Origin: Octopus sinensis
Taxonomy: Eukaryota
Direction of reading: 5' to 3'
Assembly (NCBI RefSeq): GCF_006345805.1
Contig: NC_043002.1
Location: forward strand, 114,824,001-114,888,000
Length of the DNA stretch: 64,000 bases
In this document: positions 10,391 to 23,705 of the stretch, one piece after another
How the letters are laid out: each line of letters starts with the position of its first letter
How positions within the stretch are numbered: the first letter of the stretch is position 1
Made by a program: the position numbers and the translations under genes
The notes under the pieces: model-generated
The model's input: only the letters and a program-made list of their open reading frames with translations
Databases searched by the model: none
What the model was told of the DNA's origin: nothing

Positions 10391-10759
10391 ATTTGAAGGG
10401 AATGTGCTTGGTTGATCGGTTCCTTGGCAGTGATATAACCTGATACTATTTTATCGGTACTGGAAATAATAAAGATTTGAACTCAATAAATAAAGTGACG
10501 GAACTAAATATTATAAATAATTTAGTTAGGCACTTACTCACTCGCTTTTGCCATACTATGATAAATGAATAAAAAGCAAATCATGATATCTGACATAGTC
10601 ATGAGGCAGACATGTTGGCGACGAAGGAAATTGAGTATATCGCCCACATATACATTTTTTATAGACTTCGTAGGGATGAAAGGCAAAGTCGAACATGGCG
10701 GGATTTGGATTCATAATTAAAAAGGATGTAGGAAAAAAAGCGAGGCATATTTGGCGACA

Positions 10760-11200
10760 ATATTCTGTCATCCATTTAGGCAGTGACCTGCCAGAGTCAT
10801 TAGTACATCGAACAAAATGTTTAGTAGCAATTTGTCTGTGTTTACGTTCTGAGTTCAAATTCTGCCGTGGTCGATTTCGCTTTTCATCCTTTCGGGGGGG
10901 TCTATAAAATATGTACCAGTTTAACACTGTAATCGACTTCACCGCTTCCATGAAATGTCAGGCCTTGTGCCAAAATGAGAAACCAGTATTTTGTCACCCA
11001 TTCAGGCGATGGATTTCCAGAATTGTTAGCACGTAGGACAAAATGCTTTGGGGCACTTCGCTCGTCTTTACGTTCTGAGTTCAAATTTCGCCGAGGTCGA
11101 CTTTGCCTTTCATATTTGGGGTCGATAGAATAAATGCCAATCGATGTAATCAACTTTGCCCCTGCACGAAATTGGTGGCATTGTGCCAATATTTGAGACT
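10760..11200 (+). mobile_element. Two SINE family A copies
   Basis: TTTACGTTCTGAGTTCAAATTCTGCCGTGGTCGA (~10850) and TTTACGTTCTGAGTTCAAATTTCGCCGAGGTCGAC (~11070). Confidence 0.85.
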
Positions 11201-12114
11201 AATGTTCTGTCATCGTTTGTCATATCTGGTTTAAAAATACTTCCAAGTCTTTCTTTCATATTACAATCATTGACGAACAGAAAACATACTCGTAAGACTA
11301 TCACGCACCTGACCATTTATAACTTTCCTTTCAGGCAAAAGTCCCGAAGAGATGATACAGAAAAAATTCTTAACTATCTACCTCAGTAAATGTGGGAGCG
11401 TCGAAACAAAATGAGACAAGATATAAGTTTAGTGTCATATTCCTATACTCAAATCGCTCAAATGTTTCCATTGATGCTAGTATACCGAGGTTATTTAAGT
11501 AACAGTAATACATAAGAAAAAATTAGAAGAAAAACATACAGGAGTAGTGAAAATAAAACATTTATTGCATTTCTGTATCTAACAAGAACGCAGACACGAA
11601 GGTATGTTAACGCGTTTTAACGACAGCTTTCACTTCAAACAAATTAAATATGTCACTTAGCTGTGTTCTGTTATATTTTATCGCATTTTCGGTTGGATAT
11701 TAAAATGATGGAATTTATCGTGCAGCTGGAGGCTTACAGTATGTTCTGAGAGAAAAGATAATCGAAAAATATTAATGATTCAATAAAAATTAAGCATATA
11801 TAGTTTTTCTCTTAACGTGGGAAGAAATTGAGATAAGAGGAGTGTGCATTCAAAATGCCACTGCCGAGAGAATATGGTTAAAGAGCAAGGTGTGTTCAAA
11901 TAGCCGTGTGACATATCATCTAGAGATTAAAGTAAGAGGTGTATAGGAGTTGATACGTACAGCACAAAGGGAATTTATTCATCGAAATATCATTAGCAAA
12001 TATTATCTCGAAAGAATTATAAAATTTCACAGAAAATCGTGTGAATAAATCTGGTGCTTTTATACATAATGTAGATTTGTTTTCATAATCAGAAGAACAC
12101 CAATACATACATAC

Positions 12115-12145
<31 letters not shown>

Positions 12146-12181
12146 CATACTTACATACATACATACATACATACATATATG

Positions 12182-12228
<47 letters not shown>

Positions 12229-12563
12229 GTATATGTATGTATCGTGTGTGTACATATCTATAAATACACACACACTCACAAACACAGACATACAGTGTAT
12301 AAAGCCAGGAGGTACGAGAGGTGAAGATACATTTATTTATCCATATGAATTCTATATGGCTACGGCCGTTTCGTAATCTTCATATAGGATTGATTTCAGG
12401 ATGCAAAAAATTACACGTAGATGTTTGCATCATTATATATATATATATATATACTAAGCAATAAAGGATTTAGCAACGAATTGCCTTACCACAGACCGAA
12501 TTTAGAAATAGCAGTCAAAGAGTTATAGCTATTTCTTCTACTAAAAAGGGAGATCTCAGTAAA

Positions 12564-12595
<32 letters not shown>

Positions 12596-13562
12596 TGTAT
12601 AATTTGTAAATATACAATTGTATTGCATAATGATGAGCATATATATATATATATATTTGTATGTGTATATATGTCTCTGTGTGTGCGCGCTTTTATGTAT
12701 GTATATTATTTTTCAAGTAAATTATCACAGCTTAAACACTTCATCCTTGGACAAAGGTATGTATCCTGTTAGTATAACCACATTCTCACGACATACACAT
12801 TTGAAATGAGAGAGGCAATCGTATATGTATATGTTTGCGTGTATATGTGTGTGTACACTTGCAAAGAGAAAGTAGCAGAAAGTGTGGTAATAGAAAGAGT
12901 GAAGCATTAGAAATGAGAGAGGCAAATCGTAAAATATTGAGTTTGATCTAATTTTTGCTTAATTGGGGGTCAAATTGAAAAAAATTTATATGCCATGACC
13001 CAATCGAATCTACTTCGAAAAATCATAGAATTGAAGAAATTTTGTATATTGTACAATTGTATTAAAAACGAACATGGTAACAGACAGAGAAAATCTGCCT
13101 TTTATCATAAGAGATATATATATATATATACATATGTTTGTATACATATAAATATAGATATGAATAGATATATATGTAGCATACATAAATACAAACACAC
13201 ACATACTCATATACGTATACATATGCATACATACATACACACACACTCGCACGCACACACACATGCATACATAGACAGACAGGCAGACAGACACACACGC
13301 ACGCACATACACACGTATGCAGGGCAAACGCACTGATTCAAATTCGCTTTCTAAAATACTATGAAATACAAGACATTCAGCAAATTTGGCAGAAATAGGT
13401 TCTTGCCCAATTAAATTCCTTAACTAGAAATATCTAGTAACTTGTGAAAAACAGAAATACTGTTAATCAAGTTAACATTTGTATTTCGTTGCTATTATGT
13501 ATGTTGAGATGTAACAAATATTTTAAAATAACATATGTATGTATGGACTGTAGTACAGACCC

Positions 13563-13683
13563 ATACATACATACATACATACACACATACATACATACAT
13601 ACATACATACATACATACATACATACATACATACATACACACATACATACATACATACATACATACATACATACATACATAAT

Positions 13684-13712
<29 letters not shown>
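13563..13712. repeat. (CATA)n/(CA)n microsatellite array
   Basis: Direct reading of the sequence. Confidence 0.97.
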
Positions 13713-13715
<3 letters not shown>

Positions 13716-14202
13716 GTCTCCTGTTATCTATGTCTCACTGCCCTCTTTGTGTATGTATACCTAAATATAAATGCATAAATGCAGATCCATGCAAACGTTT
13801 ATGCACACATATACAAATGCGCACAGATGCACGCAGGCATCTTTATTGTTTGTTTTTGTTCATTAATAGTGAATGAATTTTTTTCTAAGACTGACAAGTT
13901 ATTCAATCAATATGTTCTTTGCAAGTTTTTGTTGAATTGATAAACAAAACTAACAGGGAATTTCTAGAGATGCGTTTCAGTGGAAAGAGTAGACGCATGC
14001 GTGAAAACGCAGGATTTTACTTTTCGCCTCACAGACATGTATATGACTCTACGCACACACACGCATACACACACCTATATACACATACACACGCACATAC
14101 ACATTTCCATTTAATTTTTTTGTATATATGCTGACATACAGAAATGAATGAATAGCTAAAACATAACATAGAAGCAGATCCCTGCAATCACAAAATCAAT
14201 AA

Positions 14203-14247
<45 letters not shown>

Positions 14248-14567
14248 GTATGTATATCTTAATAAATAGATTTACGTTATATCTATGTATGTAACGACAT
14301 TCACACACACATACATATGCATACATACATATATATACGTGTATGTATGTATGTGTATATATGTATATACATACATACACACACATATATATACGTGTGT
14401 ATGTATGTGTGTGTATATAATATATATATATAATGTGCATGTATGTATGTAGGTATGTATGCATATATGTATATACACACTCATATATATATGTATGGAT
14501 TATATATATACTATATATATTATATATATATATTATATATATATATATATATATGGATATATATATA

Positions 14568-14610
<43 letters not shown>

Positions 14611-14869
14611 GCATGTATATATATATGTGTGTGTATGTTTGTATGTATGCATGTAAGTATATATATAATTTCTATCCACTGAATCGCTCAATCCCACTCT
14701 TTCTTTATGTCACTCATTAATATGAATGGATATGTATTTGTGCATGTTGGATGCAATTTGCTTAGCTATAAATAATCGTTAATATCAATAGATGTGTTAA
14801 TGTACAAAAACGAAGCAATTTGATGTTCGTTAGATGTGTACTGTACAGAAGAAATGACCAATCATTGAA

Positions 14870-15120
14870 GCCTTTGTAATAAATATCTCTTTTCCGATGA
14901 TTTCCTCTGCTGTGTATCTCATGTTTTTAACATTGTCATTGTTTATCTTTGTTGGAAACATGACAATGCATTAATATTTCCGTTTGAAATAACATGATTA
15001 TTTCCTCACACTGTCAATAATATTTTTGTAAATTCATGAATGCCACTACTTTCTTCACATCTTCTGTAAAGAGCTTAACTTGTCGGCCTATAAATCGTGT
15101 GTGCAGATTATTCCAAATCA
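14870..15120 (-). mobile_element. Highly degraded LINE RT fragment
   Basis: The minus strand gives VAFMNLQK..DSV (compare AFxDLxKAFDSV) and an NMRY remnant. Confidence 0.35.
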
Positions 15121-16210
15121 TTTTCGTATGAAGATTCACTGCAAATACATAGTGTATATATATTGTCCAATTGGGCATCTATGAACCACTTTCAGTTGAC
15201 ATTTATGGTATCGAAATTGTTAGAAATCACTGAGTTAAAAGACCCTTGTACATGGTCGCTCGGCCTGCAAATGATCGCAGCCAAATTTCTTTCAAATATC
15301 ACACCGCTGTTTAAAAAAGGATAGTTAGGCATGAGACAATCAAATCTTAGATACTTCTAAAGTACACGGGATCATTTTGTGATATATCTGACCAATCAAG
15401 GTTGACCAAGGCTAAGCAATAACTGGAGTCCCACATGTAAAAGAGTATATTAGAAAATAAAACAGGTGTCAAAGCATCAGGCTCTTGACAATGCCATATT
15501 TAGCTGTGCACATATTTGCTCTTCATAATCACTTGGTTTTAGGTCTACATGCAGTTCTACTGAAAACGAAACAATTCTTCCAAAACGAAAAAAACAAAAC
15601 ATTATGATTGTTTGAAATTATTTGTATTACTTAATCGATGTAAATTTTATGGACTCATATTTTTGTTTTAAATTCATTTCCTGATGCAGTGATATAGGTA
15701 ATGTGTTTTCTGAGAAATTTATACTTATAATATATTTCCAAATAATATTCGCTGAAGCATCGATCATATATTGTACACGTATTATGAAGATCTGTAAAAT
15801 ACATCTTGTATTACCGTAGACGCATTGTAAGCATCTTGACAAGGGATCGTTTTTTCTTTTGTAATTATAGAGGTGACATAAATACCATTTAACACTTATA
15901 AATAGTTATATCGTTATTAAGGTTATTCTATTAATTTTCTCGTTGGTATGTGGCATACTTTCAGAAGGATAGCTGAATATTATCGAGTTTTTAGCTGGAT
16001 TTGTATATAAGCAATTTTTTTTATTTTTAAATGATATTTTTTTTATTTCTTCATTATACATACATGGTGAGAAGATAAATATATTGGACTAAAAAAACAT
16101 AGGCAGTTTATTTTTCCTTTCTGATGATCAGACACAATAATTCCTTAAGGTTTTTCAGGATTCTACATAACTCTTCTCGGAAAAATATCTGTATACCTGT
16201 ACAACTGTAT

Positions 16211-16382
16211 AGGCGCAGGAGTGGCTGTGTGGTAAGTAGCTTGCCTACCAACCACATGGTTCCGGGTTCAGTCTCACTGCGTGGCATCTTGGGCAAGTGT
16301 CTTCTGCTATATCCTCGGGCCGACCAATGCCTTGTGAGTGGATTTGGTAGACGGAAACTGAAAGAAGCCTGTCGTATATATG

Positions 16383-16417
<35 letters not shown>

Positions 16418-16636
16418 TTGTGTGTCTGTGTTTGTCCCCCCAGCATCGCTTGACAACCGATGCTGGTGAGTTTACGTCCCCGTTACTTAGCGGTTCGGCA
16501 AAAGAGACCGATAGAATAAGTACTGGGCTTACAAAGAATAAGTCCCGGGGTCGATTTGCTCGACTAAAGGCGGTGCTCCAGCATGGCCGCAGTCAAATGA
16601 CTGAAACAAGTAAAAGAGTAAAAGAGTAAAAGAGTA
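16211..16636 (+). mobile_element. SINE family B, full length and young
   Basis: Near-identical to 8836-9250 and 33446-33878; tail (TAAAAGAG)3. Confidence 0.95.
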
Positions 16637-18314
16637 ACTCACTCTATTACATATTAAAATCCCGCCTAAACTATATTTTTTCGTATCAAAACAATAACAC
16701 AATAAGAAGTATGGATTAGATTGATTTGCTTCTTAAGATTGCGTAAAGATCAAGTTAATAATAAAAGAAGAGCCTCTTCCTCAAATGAAAACTATTTCAG
16801 ATTATCATTATTCGCCTACTTATTGCGAATAGACATCCTATTATCTACAGACGTTACTGAGAGCAGATGCAGTCCTATTCAAGAAAGAATTTGTCTAAAA
16901 TTTACTTCATGGGCCGTGAAGGTGTTTAAACAGGAAAATTTGGTTTAAACAATATTTGCCAAATACAAGAAGGTAATAATATTATATGTAGAAGTGTTCG
17001 AAAATATTGCTGAACTTGAATGAATGATTCATAATGAACTTTTTTTGCACATTTTGAAGAGATGTGTCAATTTAACTTTCATTACATTCTTTGTATAAAT
17101 ACGATATTCCGAATCATTAGCCTTGTGGATACTTTTTTAGAAATAGCGACGGCAACACTGCATTAACAGCATTGGTTCTCATGAAAAACAATTTTCTAAA
17201 TTTGAAAAGTTAAACAAAAAGAAAAATATCTACATCGATTATCAATAGAAAAGTATGTGTCCTGCCTCTTTGTCTCAGTGGGCGTGTTCTCATATATGAC
17301 TAGCAGCACTGATTGTATTACAGCATCAAACACTTATACGCATACATGACAGATACATGAGCGCAGCACAGACAAGCATACAGGGACACAAATGTTATAC
17401 ATACACACAGATATTTATACACATCCCCACACATATATGGGGAGTGTATGGGTATATATATATATGTGAGTGTGCGTGTTTGCTGGGCAACAATATATAC
17501 ACATTAGCATATCCACAAATTATATCATAACGTGTTAAAACACGTAATGATATAATTTGTGGGTTATCTTTCGAAAAGATCGCTCAACAAATGTTCAAAT
17601 GAATTTAGAATTACTCGACGTTGCAGCATTTACTTTACAAAGTGAAAGGCCTATCTTCTGATACACGATATAAAGGAAATATGTAGAATCTTATCTCTTG
17701 GCAAGTTTTGCCTTACAGAACATTCTATATCGAGAACAATAGATCTCATCAGGTGGTAAGAAAAAAAACAATAGAATCACTGTGTGACCAGCAGTATACG
17801 GCTCTCTGATTTCTGGGGTTAAGGAGTAAACTACCCGGAATAGAGAAAAATAATGAAGTAATGGCTAAGAAGAGAGAGGGGGAAAAAGGGCAGGCAGTTT
17901 ATCTCCCAGTGAACAAAGCTCTCGTTAGTTCCAAAGTTGTCTCCAAGCATTCCACATAAAAATAATTTCATTCATTCGCTACAATCAGTTTTTCTTTACT
18001 TGTTCCTCATATAGATTGGCTTATATTTCTGATGTATTCAATTTTTATGCTCCATGGATGAGACTGATGATTTTTATAGCGTTTGTATATATTTTATTTG
18101 TACAAAATAAAGTTTGATTCATTGTCTAAAGTTGAGGAGCTTCTTTGATTATATATTTTGTGCCTGCTTGCAATTCAACCCTCAACAAATTTAGCATAAT
18201 AAAAAGAGCAACAAGGCAGAAGACATACTGCACGACCCAAAATAGCAATAAAGATAAATGGTTAGGGTTCTTCTATCTCTGCCTAAACCAATCACACATA
18301 CACACACCGACACA

Positions 18315-18363
<49 letters not shown>

Positions 18364-18453
18364 ACATGCGCACACATGCGTGTGTATCTGTGTCCGTCTA
18401 GTAATATATATATATGTATATGTTTATGAGTATTATGGATACACACACATATG

Positions 18454-18484
<31 letters not shown>

Positions 18485-19774
18485 ATGTGTGTGTATGTAT
18501 GTGTGTGTGTGTGTGTATGTGTGCGTGTGTGTGTGTATGTATGCGTGTGTGTATGTGTGTGTGAATGTATGTATATCACATTACATACTAATGTTAGTTA
18601 TGTATACCTAATGAAGCAATTGCAGCAGGGTTCTGTATAAAGTTCTGCTGAACATTCCTTGGTGTATTGTTAGAGTGTAGAACGTCAAATATCAGTTAAT
18701 TAATCACATCTGTTGCTTCTCTATGTCGAAGAGTTGCCTGGCTGTTCCAGAGAAATAAATCATTTTCGTAACCAATTATTCGCATTCATATGATTTATCT
18801 TCGTCTTCAACATTTCGCTAACTGTCACATCGAAAAAGTGCACCTTCACAAAGCTACGATGATTGTGTGTACCGACAGTGAAATACATATACTCATATAT
18901 AATATAATATGTATATATACATATGGACATTTGTATATATACATATTTTTACTGTTTACTCTATTATGTGGAAGTGTAACAGATAACAGTATATAGTATT
19001 CTATGTAAAAGTACGAGTATAATAATTGGTGCTGCTATAAGTCGCTCATATCTCATTCGAATACAGACTGACTGTTCGCAGCTTGACTGAAATCCAAGAG
19101 AACAATGTAGAAGTACACTTGTTCGATTTATTGTAGACTCGGTTTAAAATTAATGACTTTCTTATAGTACATTCTACCTCGATGTCAAAGTGAATAGATA
19201 CTTTCTGTAAAGCTATTATTAAATATAATAATGAGACAATCATTTCATAGAAACTAGTAATCTCTTACTAGGAGTTCCCTATACAGGAAATTGCACTCTT
19301 TCACACTCCTACTTCTATTATTCCTATCTCAACCACTCATACCTCTAGCATTCATGTCTTTTAAGCCAAGACTAGACTTCGTAAAAGATTGCAGAATAAG
19401 TCCGTTCAGTTGCCATATATAGTTCCGAAACAGGTTTTTACAGCATTTGATCAATTTGTTGTAGCATCCTCCAGTAAATTTTCTAAATTATCCTCTAAAA
19501 TAATATCTTTGATATAGGTTTACTAAAGCAGGCATGGCATAGGTTAAAGTAACAACGACAGTTTTCATTTTCAGTTTTTCCTCACATCGAAAATAACCAA
19601 ACCTCCAAAGTTACTATAAGTGCTGAGTCTCCTAATATCTGATGACATCTTACGATAATTTAAGGTAAATAACCCCAAAATGCAGAAAACATTTTAACTC
19701 AGAACCATAGTTGATATTTTATATGTTCAAAAGTACCTCAATATTGAACTAGTACTAGTTACATATCTTCTTCT

Positions 19775-20160
19775 ACGTGGCACTCCGTCGGTTGCGACGA
19801 CGAGGGTTCCAGTTGATCCGATCAATGGAACAGCCTGATCGAGAAATTAACGTGCAAGTGGTTGAGCACTCCACAGACATGTGTACCCTTAACGTAGCTC
19901 TCGGGGAGATTCAGCGTGACACAGAGTGTGACAAGGTTGGCCCTTTGAAATACAGGTAGAACAGAGACAGGAAAGAAGAGTGAGAGGAAGCTGTGGGGAA
20001 AGAGTACAGCAGGGTTCGCCATCACCCCCAACCGGAGCCTCGTGAAGCTATAGGTATTTTCGCTCAATAAATACTCACAACGCCCGGTTTGGGAATCGAA
20101 ACCGCGATTCCGCGACCGCGAGTCCTCTGCCATAACCACTGGGCTATTGCACCTCCACTA
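19775..20160 (-). mobile_element. SINE family C, full length
   Basis: A tRNA-like head at 20160-20085 homologous to 5936-6010, then the body and a tail GATCGGATCAACTGGAACCCTCGTCGTCGCAACCGACGGAGTGCCAC. Confidence 0.85.
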
Positions 20161-20449
20161 GCTACATATATAAGACATTCGACATCCAGAAAATGACTTG
20201 CATTAATAATGTTGCACCACCTTAAAACACTTCTCCATTACTGCCAACAGGTCACTGCCCCTTGACTTGAGACCTATTGAAAGAAACATTAGACAGAAAA
20301 GGATTTTATGCTAAGTACACTGTAAAATATAATAACTCCAATAAAGAATATTACTAAACAATATTATTATCACGTAGACAATGAAGCGTCCAAGTTTAGA
20401 AATAGAAAATCTTGCTAAGTAGTTGAACATAAAACACAAACCACTAGAT

Positions 20450-20625
20450 ACTAGTACAAGACCGGAAATTTTGGGGAAGGGGATAGTCGATTACATCGAC
20501 CCCAGTATTTAACTGGTACTTATTTTATCGACCCGAAGGCAGAATTTAAACTCAGAACGGGAAAACAGACGAAATATACCGCTAAGCATTTCGCCCGGCG
20601 TGCTAACGATTCTACCAGCTCACCA
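20450..20625 (-). mobile_element. SINE family A with internal deletion
   Basis: TAGTCGATTACATCGACCCCAGT...AATTTAAACTCAGAACG...CCCGGCGTGCTAACGATTC. Confidence 0.8.
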
Positions 20626-21276
20626 ATATGACCTCCTTACTAGCCTAACTTATTTCATACAAGAATAAACAGGAAATATAGGTTATACGTCACCATCTGT
20701 GAAAAATGACATTAGATAATTAATCCAAAGAAATAAATGGGGAGATAAAGATTATGATAGAATAAGTAGAAGTGCAAGTAACGTAAAAAGATTAAAAGCT
20801 GCATGGAAGAACTGAGAATGAAGTTAACTAACAGAAAAGAACTTTTACAAATTAACCTCTGTTCTAGAACTAAAGTAAGACAGAACGCAAACATACGATA
20901 AATTTATCACTAGAAATGGGCAATCTTTCAGCACAGTTCCTGTTTGAATACACAATCTAATCTTATAAGTATACGGTCTCCAAAACAAGCATATCCCTTG
21001 GATGGGCTAGAAAAAATAAGATAATTTTGGACAAATTACATATATACATACACCTACGTGTGTACAAACAGACGTATAACAATATCAAGAACTGGGTTAA
21101 AAGAAATTTAAAAGACGTATTCCTAACGTCGGAAACTATCTAAATTTTCGGATTCCTCTTGTCTCTGAAATAGCTGTGATACGCACTGCAACCATTTGTG
21201 TTGCATTCACACCCACATTTCCAATCTGAGTGCAACTTATGTCCCAGTCCGTTCTCCGCTATTCCTGGATAGAAAA

Positions 21277-21295
21277 TGACGTCAGCGTGACATCA
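21277..21295. promoter_or_regulatory. Tandem CRE-like sites TGACGTCA and TGACATCA
   Basis: A perfect palindromic CRE at 21277-21284 and a variant at 21288-21295, in unique sequence. Confidence 0.25.
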
Positions 21296-21509
21296 TCCAA
21301 AGTCAACTACTGTGCAAATTCTCTTGATCTGTATATCATTTTATTCGGTTACTACTGGGGCAGTTTTCCTACGAAGCTTAGCACATATTTCGCTCAGGTA
21401 CTTATTTGCCTCTGTTTATCTCAGTTGTGTTTTTTATACGTAATGCGATGCAACTTATACCGTTTTCCCATCGGCATACGCGAATATCTATCTACAAACA
21501 CACAGGCAT

Positions 21510-21551
<42 letters not shown>

Positions 21552-21569
21552 CACACACACACACACATG

Positions 21570-21612
<43 letters not shown>

Positions 21613-21615
<3 letters not shown>

Positions 21616-21822
21616 AGGGAGTGCTGAAGAGTTCCTGGCTTTGGCCAAAAGAAAATACAGGAGAATCCGTTAATTATGATTTTTTTTCAATAGATCCCTC
21701 TCTCAGACTTGACTCACACACTTGTTGCAGCGAGCCTTCTGTTTTTCTAAACCCTGTAAACGAACTCGGAAATTCGGGCTCCCAGCCAGGCATTTTGTGA
21801 CACCCTTAAAGCCAGGAACTTT
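21613..21822. mobile_element. Mariner-like MITE
   Basis: Left end ACGAGGGAGTGCTGAAGAGTTCCTGGCTTT; right inverted end AAAGCCAGGAACTTT, truncated by (TG)n. Confidence 0.6.
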
Positions 21823-21904
21823 TCTCTGTGTGTGTGTGTGTGTACGTATGTATATTCGCATGTGTGTATGTAAGCTTTGACAAGGAGAATACAGTGAGAA
21901 ACTC

Positions 21905-22290
21905 GTTTTAATGCGTAATTCTACGACTGTTTCAGCGACACTTCACCAGAAGCCGTAATGTTATTGAATATACGAAATAATATATTGAATCAGTGTAAAT
22001 ACTGCTTTTACGTCCTGTCCTTGTCACAATTTTTTCTTTCCTTGTTTTTACCCCTCTGCAAGGGAATTTTATTTAATTCCCTCGCAGGAATGACTGGTTC
22101 GACGAGCGTGTTCTGTCCTTACCTTCGAAACACGCATGGAGTCGAACCGGGGACAGCTGATGAAGGGGAATTTTCCTTGTGTTGTTTGTCCTGTGTTCTG
22201 TTTTTTCGTTGTTAAAAAAAGTCCGTTCCTTTGTTTTTATGTTTTCGTTTCTCGTTGAGTTCTACGTCTATTTGTGGTGTCCTGTACTCA
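21905..22290 (+). mobile_element. Unclassified interspersed repeat, possibly a Penelope-like LTR fragment
   Basis: Contains CTTCGAAAC...GTC...CAGCTGATGAAGGGG hammerhead-like words and a T-rich tail. Confidence 0.3.
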
Positions 22291-22444
22291 CATATATATA
22301 TTTATATATGCATGTATATATACATGTAGATGTAGGTACGTACATATATGTTTGTATGTATGCATATATTTTATTTATTACACTATTGTATGACTGAGCG
22401 CCCTCGCGTCGTTTCGTCTATAGATAGATAGATAGATAGATAGA

Positions 22445-22830
22445 TATTACTTATTCAGTCATTAGACAGAGGCTATGCTGGGGCAGCATCTTGAATAACT
22501 TTTTGTCGAATAAATCGACCCCAGTACTTTGCTTTTGAAGTCTGGTGCTTGCTCTATCGATCTTTTTTCGCCGAACCGTAACTCTGAGGGACGTAAACAC
22601 ACCAACACCGGTTGTCAGGTGGTGGTGGAGGACAAATATAGTCACAAAGACACACACACACTCACACACATACACAGACACACGCGCACACACACACACA
22701 CACACATATATATACCAGGGGCTTCTTTCTTTCAAGTACAATTCCACTTTCACAAGGCTGTTGTTGGCCCGAGGCTATTGTAAAAGACACTTGCTCAAGG
22801 TGCGACACTGGAGGACTAAACCCTGGACTA
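22445..22830 (-). mobile_element. SINE family B, diverged
   Basis: TTCAGTCATTAGAC...CCGAACCGTAAC...ACAAGGCTGTTGTTGGCCCGAGGCTATTGTAAAAGACACTTGC. Confidence 0.8.
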
Positions 22831-23474
22831 TGCGTTTGGGAAACTATGTACTGTTCTTACCACAGTACATAGTTATATAAACAAACACATCATACACACA
22901 TACTTGGAGAGGGGCGAAAGAGAGGCTGAGAGACAACGACAGAAGGAAAGAGAGAGATAGAAAGAGAAAGAGAGAGAGAATCAGCGGAACAGAGATAAAA
23001 ACTTTCTCTACGTTTCATCGCAAAAACTGCGAAAAAGTAAACAACTTGATATTGCTTTTTGTTATCTGTAATACTCTTAGCTTTTTGTTATCTGTAATAC
23101 TCTTAGCCTCAAATTCATCTCTATATACTGTTTACATAAACAGGTCTCAGCATAAGTAACACTGGGCTTTTAGACCGATGTATTTGTAAACACACACAGG
23201 GGCACAGTCGTATACATATTACGAGAAGTAAAACATATAAACAAACATATGTGGAGTTAGATGAGTGACATTATTTAAAATAATTTTGAACTATTCATTA
23301 ATCAGAGTAAAGCCAGTTTATACTCTGACATACACAGGGTCATACGCACCTGCATACACACTCATACATTCAAACACAATCACACACACTTTTCATTCTC
23401 CCCTCTGCCTCTTCTTTCAGTGTTTTCTTTTCTGCAACTTGTTTGTATATGGATGTGTGAGTGTATGTTGTATG

Positions 23475-23540
<66 letters not shown>

Positions 23541-23589
23541 ATGTATGTATGTATGTATGTATGTATATATGTATGTATGTATGACATTG

Positions 23590-23705
23590 AAGTTTTAAGA
23601 ATAGCCTGGGCAAAGTTCAGAGAGCTCCTACTTCTTCTGGTAACAAAGAGCCTCTCATTCAGAGTGAAACGTAGGATGTATGATGCATGTGTACGAACAG
23701 CCAAC
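23590..23705 (+). mobile_element. RTE-like LINE ORF2 fragment
   Basis: Translates as RIAWAKFRELLLLLVTKSLSFRVKRRMYDACVRTA, a post-RT region of RTE-type LINEs. Confidence 0.75.

Noticed and set aside
17725-17757. Minus-strand CTGATGA...CGATA hammerhead-like words
   Set aside because: No GAAA, and stems I and II do not pair.
21915-21955. Minus-strand CTGGTGA...GAAACAGTC motif
   Set aside because: The core is mutated and stem I cannot form at the required register.
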